A stretch of 64,000 nucleotides of DNA from Pelomyxa schiedti (taxonomy: Eukaryota; Protista; Evosea), in contig JAHLWZ010000857.1 of the NCBI GenBank assembly GCA_020536535.1, positions 1-64,000 of the forward strand, written 5' to 3'. Made by a program: the position numbers and the translations under genes. Under the pieces are notes generated by a model, which saw nothing but the letters and a program-made list of their open reading frames with translations, ran no database searches and was not told the origin of the DNA. Position 1 is the first letter of the stretch. Each line of letters begins with the position of its first letter. Below, one piece after another: positions 13,201-26,099 of the stretch.

Positions 13201-14999
13201 AGTGGCCTCTTTCCCACAGTTAAGTACTAAAAAGTAACTGAAGATGGTGATTGAAACTGTTGATAAAATTATGGCCACCCTGGGAGCAAGTGACATCGAC
13301 CAGAGGCTGGAAGAGCAACTTGTAGATGGTATTCTATACGCTTTCCAGGAACAAGGTTCACATCCTACTCAAAATGGAGATTCTAAATAATCAACAGCGT
13401 CTGACGACAACATGGTGATGCTGAATGGGTTTGGTACCGTTGTGAACTCACTTGGTCTTAGGGTGAAACCTTACCTACCCCAAATTTGCGGTACCATCAA
13501 ATGGAGATTGAACAATAAAGTGTGTGCATCCTTATTTTTTCGCAATCTTACCTATCATTGTAGTCTGCCAAGGTCAGGCAACAAGCAGCAGACATTATCG
13601 CACGAATTGCTGTTGTGATGAAAACATGTGGTGAAGAACAACTCCTGAGCCATTTGGTAAATTACGAATTCCTTTTTCCCTTATTAATACACCAAAAGGG
13701 TGTCGTTTTGTATGAATACCTGGGTGAGGAATACCCTGAAGTTTTGGGTTCAATACTGGGCGCCTTGAAGGCCATTGTGAATGTAATTGGTATGGCCAAC
13801 ATGAATCCCCCAATCAAGGACTTATTACCACGGCTCACTCCAATTCTCAAAAACAGGTAACCTTACTGGTTTTTTTTTCCTATTGTATAACCTCAACAAT
13901 CCCAGACACGAAAAAGTTCAAGAGAACTGCATTGACCTTGTGGGCCGTATTGCTGATCGCGGTGCCGAACTGGTGAGTGCAAGAGAGTGGATGCGAATCT
14001 GCTTCGAGTTGCTGGAGATGCTGAAAGCCCACAAAAAGGGAATCAGACGAGCAACTGTAAACACATTTGGATACATAGCCAAAGCCATTGGACCACAAGA
14101 TGTCTTGGTTACACTTCTCAACAATCTGAAGGTTCAAGAACGACAGAACAGAGTGTGCACTACAGTTGCTATAGGTACAATGAACTATTTTTGTGTTGGA
14201 TACTTCTAATCTCCTTATCTGAACAGCCATCGTCGCTGAGACTTGTTCCCCCTTTACTGTCTTACCTGCACTAATGAATGAATATCGCGTTCCGGAACTC
14301 AACGTTCAAAACGGTGTACTCAAGGTTTTCCCCTTTTGGGTAACCTTTCTCTAACATTACCATAGTCTCTCTCCTTCTTGTTCGAGTACATTGGTGAGAT
14401 GGGCAAAGACTACATCTATGCTGTGACACCGCTCCTTGAGGATGCACTGATGGACAGGGATTTGGTGCACAGACAAACTGCGTGTTCTGTTGTCAAACGT
14501 ATTTTCTTGACCTTAGCCTTCAATTGCACTTAACCACGCGTTTAGACATGGCACTTGGCGTCGCCGGCCTGAGCTGTGAGGATGCTCTGGTACATCTTCT
14601 CAACTACGTGTGGCCAAACATTTTCGAGACTTCACCACACGTCATAAACGCTGTAACTGAAGCTGTGGATGTATGTCTTACTACTTGCTAAAAAGCGAAA
14701 ATAGAACTAAAACACCTTCAGGGGATGCGCGTTTCTCTTGGAAGTGCAACTGTTTTACTTTACTTGCTCCAGGGTCTATTCCACCCGGCTAGGAAAGTGA
14801 GAGAAGTGTACTGGAAGCTTTACAACAACGCATACATAGGGAGCCAGGTATCCCAAACCAAAAAAAAAACAAAACTATCCCCACTCAATGTAATAACCTC
14901 ACACAAATCACACAGGACGCTCTGGTAGCGCACTACCCCCGCATCGACGATGATGAACGCAACTCGTTCTTACGCTATGAGCTGGACTTGTTCATATAA
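10295..14999 (+). CDS. SF3B1: Splicing factor 3B subunit 1 (multi-exon)
   Basis: RWD/TP repeats, [76 protein letters not shown], ends RYELDLFI-stop. Confidence 0.97.
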
Positions 15000-15106
15000 T
15001 AACCATAAAGGGACATCCCAAAAGTGAAAAATTTTCGGATCCCAAAATTCCCGTTTATCTTCCTTTCTTCGAAAAGTGCTTTCTTTCCATCAATCAAGAC
15101 AAAACG

Positions 15107-17039
15107 ATGGCGTCGACGCAAACAGGCAACCCACAACTGGTTTTTTTTTTTAAAACACAGTGCAGTACAAATGCATGCACAGTCGAGCAAACAGCCCAAA
15201 ACAACCCCATTGCGTCAAACACAAACGAAAGTAACAAAACCCCATTAAAAGATTCTCGGCAGCACCCACGAAACCAAATGATGCTCAAGGCCCTCTCTCA
15301 GTTGCAGGCCGGAAACACTGAGGCTGCAATTGGTCTTGTTTCAGAGGCTGTGAAACATTTTGAGAGCTGTCACTACACCAGCATTGGTTTGACAATTTTC
15401 AGCTCACACACTTATGTTTTCTTTTTTTTTTTTTTTTTTTTCCCCTGTGTTTTTGCCACTAACAAATAAACTAGGAAAACAAACAAGTAAAGGATCACAT
15501 GAACCAGTGCAAGTAGACGAATTATGTTACCTCCCTGGGCTGCTCTTTCTTTACGGTGCGGCTCTACTGACAAATGATTACGTTGCACTGAATCGGCTGC
15601 TTCCTACAAACCTTTCAAGTTCATTTTCCCGTGGCATTTCCTCTCCCACAGTCGACATGATGGGCCATTGCAAGGCCATGTTGTTGTTAGCCAAGAGTGT
15701 GGCACCACAGCCAACACATAACGAACAAAACGGAGAGGATGAGGGGACTACTACAACAACGAGCCTTTCAGAAGAGTGGGACTCCCTTGTTGCATCATGC
15801 ACTTATGATGGGGACTTTGGTAGCGAGTCACAACCTACGATTCCACAAGGAGGGGAGCATAACAGTGACTCTCAACAACAAGAACGGCGGCAAACATCGT
15901 GGGCGCGCATGCTTTTCGTGGCTTTATGGAAAACTTTCTGTTTGGAGGTGACTTCGTGTTTGCCTATCTGGATGGAACTTTCAGATAGTTGCCCTCCAGG
16001 AAACCTCCTGCGTTATTCATGTCTGTCACTCCTTGGTGCATTATACAGTTGTGGACGTGGGGGGTTGGCTAAGGATAACAATAAAGCCTTCCAGCTCTTC
16101 CAGAGGGCTGCTGATGCTGAACATGCCAGAGGAACGTTCAACCTGGGGTTGTGTTACAGCAATGGGACTGGCGTTGACAAGGACATCACTCAGGCCCTCC
16201 AACTTTGGAGGAGGTCTGCAGATGCCGGAAATCCAAGAGCGATACTGAAGCTTGCTTTCTGCTACCAGCATGGACAGGGGGTCTGCAGGGACTCCAGCCA
16301 GTCTATCCTGCTCTTGCAGAGAGCTGCTGATGGTGGTGATGCCGGTGCATCGTGCACCCTTGGGGTGCGTTACAAAAACGGTGATGGTGTTGAAGTCGAT
16401 GTCAAACGGGCTGTGTCACTTTGGGTGAAGGCCTCTGATTCTGGCGATGCTACCGCAATGAATAACCTTGGTGTATCTTACCAAACTGGAAGTGGCATTG
16501 CTGAGGACATCTGCCGGGGTGTGTCCCTTTACAGGAGGGCTGCCGCTGCTGGCAGTTCTGAAGGAATGTATAACCTTGCCATGTGTTACAAAACTGGCGA
16601 TGGCGTCGACACAGATATAACTCAAGCAATACCATTATTCAGTAAGGCTGCTGAAGCCGGCGATCCCGACGCCATGGTGGAGCTTGGTGTGTGTTACTAC
16701 GATGGCACCGGTGTTCACAAGAACCACCGCCGGGCTGCTTCACTCTTCCAGCAGGCTACCGATGCCGGTGAGACCGACGCAATGTACAACCTCGGCCTGT
16801 GCTATGAGAATGGACATGGTGTTGGCAAGGACATCCACCGGGCCGTGTCTCTCTACTGGAGGGCAGCCGATTCCGGCTGTGTGGAGGCAATGGCTGCCCT
16901 TGGGATGTGTTTCCAGAAGGGCCGGGGTGTCACCAAGGACATCAGAATGGCAGTGGCGCTCTACAAGCGAGCGGTAGAAGGCGAACATGAAGGGGCCGGC
17001 GAGAGACTCAACACCCTACTGAAAGGATGCTTTCCGTGA
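15107..17039 (+). CDS. Sel1-like repeat protein
   Basis: About ten tandem 36-aa units such as AMYNLGLCYENGHGVGKDIHRAVSLYWRAADSG in one long exon (about 15474-17039). The start is uncertain. Confidence 0.88.
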
Positions 17040-17199
17040 GACTGCTTGTGGCGCAGGCACCTCGCCACTGCTTGTCTGAAAATGATCTTCGTAGACTGCC
17101 AGTTTAGGGTGCATACCGGTTGAGAAACTTTGGGGTCTCAAGTCAGGAATAGATAGAGATACCGAGGATTTGAAAGAAACTGTTTATTTTCAATCTATT

Positions 17200-17900
17200 T
17201 GAATTTGATGTGGCAAAATCGAAGTGGTGTTGTGTTGATTGCGGGTTTTTATCATGCAAGCTGACTGAGAGTGAGTGATGGGAAAAGGGAACCTGCAACT
17301 GTGGGTGTGGTGAAGAGAAGCTTGCTTGAGTAGAGACCAGTTCCGAATAATTGTTGGGAATGCCTGCCCTTTAGTATTAATAATAATAATGAGATGATTT
17401 ATGCCTTTGGTGCTACCCTCCCTGCCCAGTGAACAAAGATATATTAGATACCGGGGCATGAAGCCGAGTCTAAGTACAAGCAAAGATGATTCAGGAAACT
17501 CGTTGTGAAGCTTTTTTCATTTTGTTAGTTGATTTATTGCTGTCCTTTTTTTTTTTTTAATACCTAGCAGGTCTACATTAGGCACCAGCTCGTTTGTACA
17601 AAAGCCTCCGCATACATCAATAAACCACTCATTATCCCAAAGGAAGGAGGATGTCTTCAATATCATCGAAACCTACCTAATTTATTAGAAAAAACCAACA
17701 GCCACACCACCAAGCTGTAATCACACCCACAGACAGATTTGCTACATACGAAGCATCTGAAAAATCTTCCTGCGCCCAAGTTCTCTTCATAAGCGAGAGA
17801 TTTTGAGAAAGATGCGCCTTTTGCACAAAGCGCGATTGTGTATGCGCCATATGTTCCCTGTGCGGGAAGATTTTTTAATTTTTTTATTATGCACACAGGG
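17200..17900 (-). CDS. Possible small multi-exon hypothetical gene
   Basis: A chain of GT...AG intron-like segments with open frames between them (e.g. ILKTSSFLWDNEWFIDVCGG..., LHNEFPESSLLVLRLGFMP). No family recognised and the model is unresolved. Confidence 0.3.
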
Positions 17901-18518
17901 AACAAGAGCAACGAAAAAGTAAAAAAAAGAGGTTGTTGCACGCAAAATCGTCTTTGAAAAAAACGACACCGCCGTTCAACACCAAAAGTAAACAACACGC
18001 ACCAGACGTCATAGGAGGAAAAAACATACAATACAGGGGGATCTCCGCACACGAGACGGGGATCGCCGCACAATACCACCGAGGAAGTTTGTCGTTTTTT
18101 TTTTATCAATTTATGGCAATCATCTTGCCAGGAGGGGGTTTTTCTTTTTGATTTATTGAGAAAACACAAGGTTGGCCCCAGAGGGGCACGCACCGTGACC
18201 CCGAAGGATCACGTGACTCGCATCCCCCAGTACGAAGCTGGGGGCGGCTCAAAAAGACCTGGGTTCCGGAGTTATGCCCGGGACATCATATCCCGCGCGC
18301 GCCCCATCACCATCACCCAGCGTTCCCCGGGCAAGATGGCTGGTTCCATGAGTCTTGGAAGTCACTACACGACTTCGAATGTTTCTGAGTGTATCTACCC
18401 GCGCTGTACCCCTCCATTGGGAATTTTCCGACTTATGGGATATTCTCGCTATCAGTCCCTTTCACCGAAAAATGATCATCATTGAATAGTTAGAACAAAA
18501 AAAACTTACGAAAACGCT

Positions 18519-21173
18519 ATGGAGGGCGTGCCTCTAGTTACCACCGGATCTACGACAACGAGTAGCGGAGATCTCAGTGCAACCGCACCGTGCGTTTCCG
18601 AGGCTGGGCTTGCCACAGAAACGATTGGCACATCACCTACCTCCACAACTGCAACGTCTACCACTTGCGCATCTGCGTCGGGGGGCACGAGCAACGACCC
18701 CCGTAATGAAAAGTCTGTGTATGATGGGAGGCAGATATGTGGCGAATCTCTTTGCCCGTTGCTCCCCCTTGTGGCTGAAAAAAAGGAGAAGAAGAAGAAA
18801 AAGAAGAAGACTCTGAGAAGTCATGACAGGCATAAAGAAAAAAAGAAGAAAAAGCATGCTTCGAAGCCCAAGAAAGAAAAGCAAACGAAAAAGAAAAAAC
18901 ACAGTGAAAAAGAATTCAGTGAGGATGAAGCCTCGACCAGAAAAAAGAGGAAACGACACAGTAAATCCAAGATTGACAACGAATCTGATGAGGCAGTTCC
19001 CCCTTCCTCCAAGAAATCCAGAAAGGACAAAAAATCTCCAAAGAAAAGCAAAGGGGAAGACGAAGAGAGCGAGCTGAGAAAAGTGAAACCACCTATTGCG
19101 TTAACTCAGAGCCACTACGAAACAAGGCAAAGCTGTGCACTGAAAGACGTTGTGCAAGTTCTCACAGCTCCAAATAAACAGTGAGTTCCTCGTTTCAACA
19201 ATTCAACAATTCACCAAACCCACATTTCAAAACTACAGGGTAAATTATGTCACGAAAGAGGACATGACAGCTTACACACGTCAACTCAAAATGGTTTTTC
19301 GAATCTTTCAAAAGGAGAGAAGAGATGGTTTGATGACAACACGTGATTTGGATGGGTGTCTTCGAGCACTTGGTAATGTATGTCACCACTGACATCCCAA
19401 AAACCAACGGTGCATGTATCCAGGAAAAAGTGACCCAGAAGGATTTTGCAAAAAGCTTGTGAAAACTGCAGGTGATTCTCATGGCCTAGTTTCTTTAGAT
19501 GCCTTTATGGAGTATATGGTGGCACGAAAAAACCTTCGAGTTTCCAAGAAAAAAGCCACAAAAAAGTTCAATGAAGACAAACTTGAGGTCGTTTTCATTA
19601 CTAAATACCCCACTCACTAAAGGTAAAAGGAAGCCGAAGCTTCCAAAAGGCCAAGGAAGGTTAAAACCACCCCAAAGAAAGGAGTCACAAACAATCAATC
19701 CCCTTCTGCAAAACAGTCAGAAACACATCTACCAACACCCACTACGCAACAAGGTGCGCACAGGCCGCCAGAACTCCTGCGGGGGCTTTCTTTAACTGAT
19801 TTCTTCACTGAAAATGCTGGTATTGAGACAAGCCAAAATATGCACCCAATGAATTAACATATTGGCAATAGGACTTCAGGAAGAAATTCAAGTAGAATCT
19901 ATGGATTCTTTTGGTAACCCCCTAGCAAGGTTCTACATTTTTTTTTAATTCTTAATTCCTCTCATGTTTAAAGGGAATATGATCTTGGACTCGAGTCAGC
20001 CTTCGGGATTTTTTCTATCATCATGTTTCTTGATTCCTCTTTAGCATATTATAATACCCTTCAGGTTCTCTTTCCACAATGAGCATGGCGTGTTTTGGCA
20101 GTCAATCCAGGCACTTCAAGAGAAGGGGTTCCGTACTTATCTTGCGGGGACGGAAGAGGTGTGCAACATCCCAGTCGTTCTGGTATTAATGCAATCAATT
20201 AGGAATTTCTGCGAGAATTGCCAAAATATGATGAAGCGTGGTTTGCTTCAGATAAATCTTCACCCAGTACACATGACCCGAAAAAATTTCTTGAGGCAAT
20301 AAAAACTTTCAGAGAAAAGTCTGGTAGTCTTTACGTGTGTAACACTACAACATTCCCTGGTTCTGAAGTTTCTACAACTAGATTCTTGCTGAAAATAGAC
20401 CGTTCTTCGTTCAAGCAAATGAAGTTCTCCCAGAACTCCTTGGTTTCACCTTGGCATTTTTCCTCTTTTCATTATTTTTATGCGCTTACCTTCCAAAAAG
20501 GAAGATAATACACCCGGTGGAAACGTGTTGTCTGTCACACAAAGCAAAATACCTGCCCCAAAAACTTTTTGCAAACATCTAATAACCACCGGCCTGGTTT
20601 CTCTTTATGAAGGTATTCTTTCATAATGTGCGTTTCCAACACATGCCAGGCCACACTATATGCCGGCCATCTTCACTTCCTGCCCGTGAGAGCCTAACAG
20701 TCATTGGGATGTCATCTGATGGGTACCCGTGTTTCATTTGCTGTGATTATGAAGGCCACAAGGGCAGAATTGTTGTGGACTGTGGGTTCACAAAACTTTG
20801 TGATGAGTGGTGGAATCAGACTGCTGGGACAGGCAGGTTTGTGCGGAATGTTGCCGTCTGGCTAACAGGACTTGACCACCGTGCCAAAATTGGAGCACCA
20901 CCCACAGGGCCTTTGCCCATCACTCAACCCCAAGGCACTGCTGCGTCCACGGAAGCCAGCACCACAACAACCATTGAACAAACGCCTGCGGTCACACAAG
21001 CAATAGAAACGACAACGTCTTCCTCTGAACTCCCCCCACCATCATCAGCATCCCCAGGCTTGGGGGGCGACACCACACAGAAAGTCGAGGTTACTCCTCT
21101 GGAAATAACACCAGAAACCACTGAGCCAAAGACCGCTCATTGTGTGGAGGTGCCCACAAAGAGCAACGATTAG
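18519..21173 (+). CDS. Lys-rich / EF-hand-like / uncharacterised C-terminal domain protein (multi-exon)
   Basis: Poly-Lys region, calmodulin-like VFRIFQKERRDGLMTTRDLDGCLRALG and GLVSLDAFMEYM. C-terminal domain with YDLGLESAF, ALQEKGF, GRIVVDCGFTKL..W..TAGTGRFVRNVAVWL. Confidence 0.6.
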
Positions 21174-21262
21174 CAGCAGAATACATTTGCATTTTGCTTG
21201 TAGTAAGGATTTTCGGAAGTCCAAGGACAGGAGGGATTCTTTTTCGTAATAGAAGTTCTGCC

Positions 21263-22702
21263 TTAAATTTTGTGTGTCCAGAAAAGCACATTACCGAATC
21301 CGCGTTGTTTGGCTTGAAGAGAGAATTCCTAGGTTATTGGTGGTTAGTTTAGGATTGATTGGGATTGTTTTTACGTGGATTTCGCTCTCTCTGTGCCGTA
21401 TACTGAAGTGAATCAAGAAGAACATGTTCTTTGGGTGTGCTGAAACTTTTGAGTGTGAGAACAGTGCAGTACTGGGATACTAGTCTACTTACTCATGGGA
21501 GCAAGTTGTTCCCAGTGGGTGTGAGCTTCGTCGTCATCCCCAGAAAAAGGAGAGGGATTTTTTTTCCGCTTGGGCTTGGTGATAGTAGTGTTTGCACTGA
21601 GGGTAGTGACTGGGTCTTCACTTACTGCTGTGGTAGTACTTGTTGTATTGGAATCTGTGGCAGTAGTTGTTGTTGTATTGGAATCTGTGACATCAGTCCC
21701 GGTCGGAGGTGCTGGTACATCGGTAGTTGTTTTAGTCACATGGTCGGTAGGGTGATCTTCGACTGAAGACATAGGCAGATGTGTACATTCAGTAATGATG
21801 GTTGGGTAGTCGAAAATCATGCCGTTCTTTTCAAAGACCTTATTCAAGTGAGGAAAGTTGGAAAAATAACTGATTACATCTGGAGTGGTATCACCAAGAT
21901 ATGCAAAAATGGGAATCTCCATCTGGGTGGTGACAGATTTTCCGGCCTGTTTGGCTTTTCTGTGATACACATCAATTTTTTTTATGTTCTGACCTTCCTC
22001 AAGTTCGCAATTTCTTTTCCTGGTAGGCCTTTGTATTCCTCAGCTAATTTTTCACGAACCTCTGAGAAACAGTAACCCACGCAAGGAACAGTATGCTCAC
22101 ACGCTACAACTTTGGCAATGTACTTTCCTATCTGCATGTTATTTAGATGACGAACTTTCAGCTCCTCCACGCCTTCAATGTGTCTCCAGGGTTTACTCCA
22201 ATTAAAATGTATTTGCCCTCCCCAGTGTCGGCGTCAGTAAAGCTAATAGGTTTTGCTCTTATGCTTGTTACAACAAGAAGTATGGTACCTGTTCAGGGCC
22301 TGTGAGGCAGCAATGTATTTATTCAAAAAGGGGACAATGGGTGCTGGTGCGTAAACAGTGACGGGAGCGACACGACTCAAGAAATACGGTAATTGATAAC
22401 TGTGATCAGCATGACCGTGTGTGATAAAAACATGAGAGGGCTTGATTCTTTTACAATTGTGACAGAAAAGAAAAACACGCGAGGTCTTACCTTCTGGTTC
22501 TTTACATCACCAGCATCTGCAACATGAAAAGAGGGTGAGAAAGGAAAGCACACGGAGAGGTAAAAAAGAAACCGAGTTGCCAGTTGAGTTCCGGGATCCA
22601 AAACGCAGTGGCCTCTCCAGCCCTCGAATGACCAATTAAAGTGAGCTTGCTGTTCGGGATCTTCTCGGTCCTCACGAGTTTGTTGTACTTGTTATCGCAC
22701 AT
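21263..22702 (-). CDS. Short-form tRNase Z (metallo-beta-lactamase, TM/plant TRZ1-like; multi-exon)
   Basis: LIGHSRAGEATAFWIP, FITHGHADHS (HxHxDH), EHTVPCVGY, EEYKGLPGKEIANLRK, AYLGDTT, IITECT, HTHWEQL, FLIHFSIRH. Confidence 0.85.
21646..21690. repeat. Local 30-nt-period duplication (GTATTGGAATCTGTG x2) in a Thr-rich insert of tRNase Z
   Basis: Identical 15-mer at 21646-21660 and 21676-21690, encoding TDSNT twice on the minus strand. Confidence 0.7.
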
Positions 22703-22988
22703 GTCTCACTACCACCAGCACTATCCTGTCTGAGAAACAAACAAACGATTCTTTCATGTTTTATGCGGCGTTCTGCGAGTTTGTTCCGGCTTTCTACATG
22801 GAAAGCAGGGAGGAAGAGTGCAGGGAACTGCTGCCAACACTGAATAACAACTTGGATTTTTTTTCTGAGGCAGCACACAGATCAGTTGTTCAGAATTAAT
22901 AAGAAAACAAAAAGGAGAACAAGGGACAACGTTTGTTTGTGGTTTGGTGTGTTGATAAGGGAGTACGAGTAGGGGTGTGGTTGCATAA

Positions 22989-24590
22989 ATGGGAGATCTG
23001 GACTCTAGTAAATATCGGTTTGCGATGGAGCTGGAGGCACTGGTGAAACAGTTCCCAAAGATCCCACGCAATCTGCTCATAGATGCACTTAGTACCGCCG
23101 GTGCGTTCGTGGTTTATTGCAATCATTACTTTTTTTTTGTTTTTTGTAAAAGCACTAACTCCCAGTACAGGCACAGTCGACGGTGCTGTAAGACTTATCT
23201 GTTCGGGGGGTCTTAGTGCTGCGGCGCGACCTCAACCGGATCCAGCGTAACTTACTTAAGTGTTCTGGATAGTGCTTACTTTTCCATGGGGTGGTGGGGG
23301 AAAAAAAAATATAGAACACTTGAACTTCCACTTACCACAACACTCAGTACCACAACAGCCACTACAGAAAAAACACATCCTGAACCCACACCCAACTCTG
23401 TTCACCCCCGTAACATACAGACGTTGATAACACTGACAGGGAAAATCTCTTCAGTAAGTGTTTCTGACAACTAGAAAGCATGCGTAACAGTTTGCTACAC
23501 AGACAGATCCACATACTATTGTATATAGTTTTGCCTTGCAAGGGACAGAGCCTTCTGCAAAGGATTGGGTCGGCCTCTACATTCATAATAGGCATTCCAA
23601 GTTTGCTTCCAATACCGTGTTGTAATACTGTTGCATAGGCAATATTCCAACAAGTATTCCGCCTATCAGCATACCAGTAAGTCCAACAAAACCCATTTCC
23701 ATCCATAACTCGTGTATAGCTGGAGGGAGCACAGGAGAAGGCCAGTTTTCCGATTTAGTTGATGGATACTATGACCTCCGTTTATTCCTTAATGGCGAGA
23801 AAGATGTTCCTGTGTGCCGGAGTGATCCAGTACTTGTGGGTGAAGCAGTTGATCTCAGGGCAACACTACAGGGCAGAAATGTAATTGTGTCATGGGATCA
23901 CTCCAAATCTTCATCAAACCCCACAAGGGACTGGATTGGATTGTTCCCAGTGGTGTGTATGTGAACATCCTTGTGCACTTCTAATTGTTGGGTTTTCCCT
24001 GCAGAGGACTTATAGCAATAAAAAGTATCTCTCATTCGCATATTGTAATGACACTGGTAAAGTTACTCTTGGACCAGTGCCTTACGGCGATGCAGAGCAC
24101 GAGTGTCGATACTTTAAAGCAACCAGCGGTTATTGTTATTCTGGCAAGTCTAAAGCTTTCTCTGTTCCAAACCAAGATATGATACTTCCCTCTGCAGAAG
24201 ACATAACGTAACATCCAAGAAACACTTCGTGTACAACAATTTAACTGTAACAAAGGCATGGACAGAATTTACAAGTTCACTGGCGCCTTACAACTGTGTC
24301 CCCAAATAAATCGGATTGGGTTGGTGTATTTCCAAAAGGAGCTCCAAGCACAAACTACGCTTTATGCAAATACACTACTCAAGGTACTCTGGCCCCTTTA
24401 GGTGACAGTGGCTTGATCACTTTCAGTGGAGCTGAAACTTCCAAGGTGGCTTCCCTCCACTTTCTCCTTCAGAACTCACCTTGTGTAGCTACTCCCAGGT
24501 TCTTATGACTTGAGGTTCTTTGCGGCCACCAATGGCACTTACGCGTTGCACATGCACGCCTCCGTGAACATCAAGGCGCGTGCATTCTGA
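22989..24590 (+). CDS. CUE/UBA-like domain plus three tandem SKICH-like beta-sandwich repeats (multi-exon)
   Basis: ELEALVKQFPKIPRNLLIDAL..GTVDGAV (CUE-like). Repeats contain PSAKDWVGLY, PTRDWIGLF and PNKSDWVGVF, each followed by a Y-D/E-L/C-R-x-F strand. Confidence 0.7.
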
Positions 24591-24660
24591 ACGTTATAAA
24601 ATCAAACACTCCAGCACCTGTTGCCTGTTGTAAAAAAAAAAATTGAACAATTACCCGGAG

Positions 24661-26072
24661 ATGGGGGGAAACCATAGCAAAGCCAAAAACAGCAAACACA
24701 GACCCACAAGTGAGGAGCCGAACAGCCACGTAGAAGCAGACCACACGCCCAGCACAGAAAACACATCCGCCGCGACTCCAACTTTGTCAACGTCGACATC
24801 AACAACAAGCGAAGGGGCGGAGGCAAATGATGGGATCCATGACACTGAACACGACGCCGTGAGTGGTGGGAGTGAAACTGAGCCAGGAGATGGAGAGAGC
24901 ACGACTCCTGCTCCGCCACCGCCGCCTCCTCCGCCCCCTGTTCCAAGTATGTCTGGCTGTTCGTTTCTGTGTTATGGGATTGTATTCTCACTGACTTAAG
25001 AGAGTTCTGCCTCTACTACTAGCAGTAAAAGTGCGGGAAGCCGCGGGAAGGGAAAAACGGCTGAGGAGAAAATGGCTCTCTACCAGTCACATGCAAATAA
25101 GCTTCGGATGGGCTCTGTTGGGTCCCCTTACATGTTGACTCCTCATACTCCCGCAACTTGGAACGCACTTGTGATCACTGACACCCATTTGTGTAAAACG
25201 GTGAGTGAACTCCATAATACCTATATGTAACCCCAATATATAGCGGTGAAACATTTGTTCACACCTTCACAAATATGAAACTCAAGGATAAAAGCTATTT
25301 CTCGCGAAGCAACCAAGATAAGGTATTTTTAAAAAGAGGTTGCTTATTCCCATATATTAACAACTATAAAGATGTTTGAAACACTTGGGAGAGTAATTAC
25401 TTCTGTGTCCCCATCAGAAATCATTATCCTTGGAGATGTTTTCCATTCAGTTAGTCAAAAGGAAGCGGACCCAGTTTGGTGTCTGTCAATCATAGAAAAG
25501 TTTCTTTCCTTTGGACTGCATGCAACTATAATAGGAGGTTTACAGCTTTTCGATGACTTATACCATTAATAAAGCACTGCAGGTAACCATGACCGCTGGA
25601 TGTTTGAAAAATGGGGAGACCAGTGGCAAAAAAAGCACCCCAAGCACTTAAAAGTTGTCAGGGAAAAACTGATGCTGGCCCAAGACCGTGCTGAGACCCA
25701 TAAGTTTTACTTCACCCACGATGGTAACTCCCCTTCATTCTCTCCTCACACTTTTAACACGCTCCTCACCACACAGGAGGCACCGCACTTTGGTTGAGCC
25801 CCCTACAAGAAGTCCCCTTTGTTCTGGGGCAGAGAGCCGCCCAGGGCCTGCAAGCCGGCGACTGCCTCTGCACCGGCCACGTGCACCGCACCCACGATAT
25901 GATGGAGGCTCATGGCTGTGCCTCCTTGGGCTCGTGCACAGGCTCTGGGTCATCATTCCACTATGCAGTGTTTACTGAGGCCCAACAAGAACCAGCTTCT
26001 CTGGAACCGGGGAGTGCTGGACGAGCAACACCTCAGCAAGGACTCCTCACCATCAAGTTCTACACGGCTTGA
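24661..26072 (+). CDS. Calcineurin-like metallophosphoesterase with putative N-myristoylation (multi-exon)
   Basis: MGGNHS start, poly-Pro linker, motifs ITDTHL, LGDVFH, AGNHD, THDG, GHVH. Confidence 0.8.
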
Positions 26073-26099
26073 GAAGGGGTGGAGGATAGACTAACATAA

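Noticed and set aside
11900-14200. Possible changes at SF3B1 cancer or pladienolide hotspot residues
   Set aside because: Equivalents of E622, R625, H662, K666, K700 and R1074 all appear conserved.
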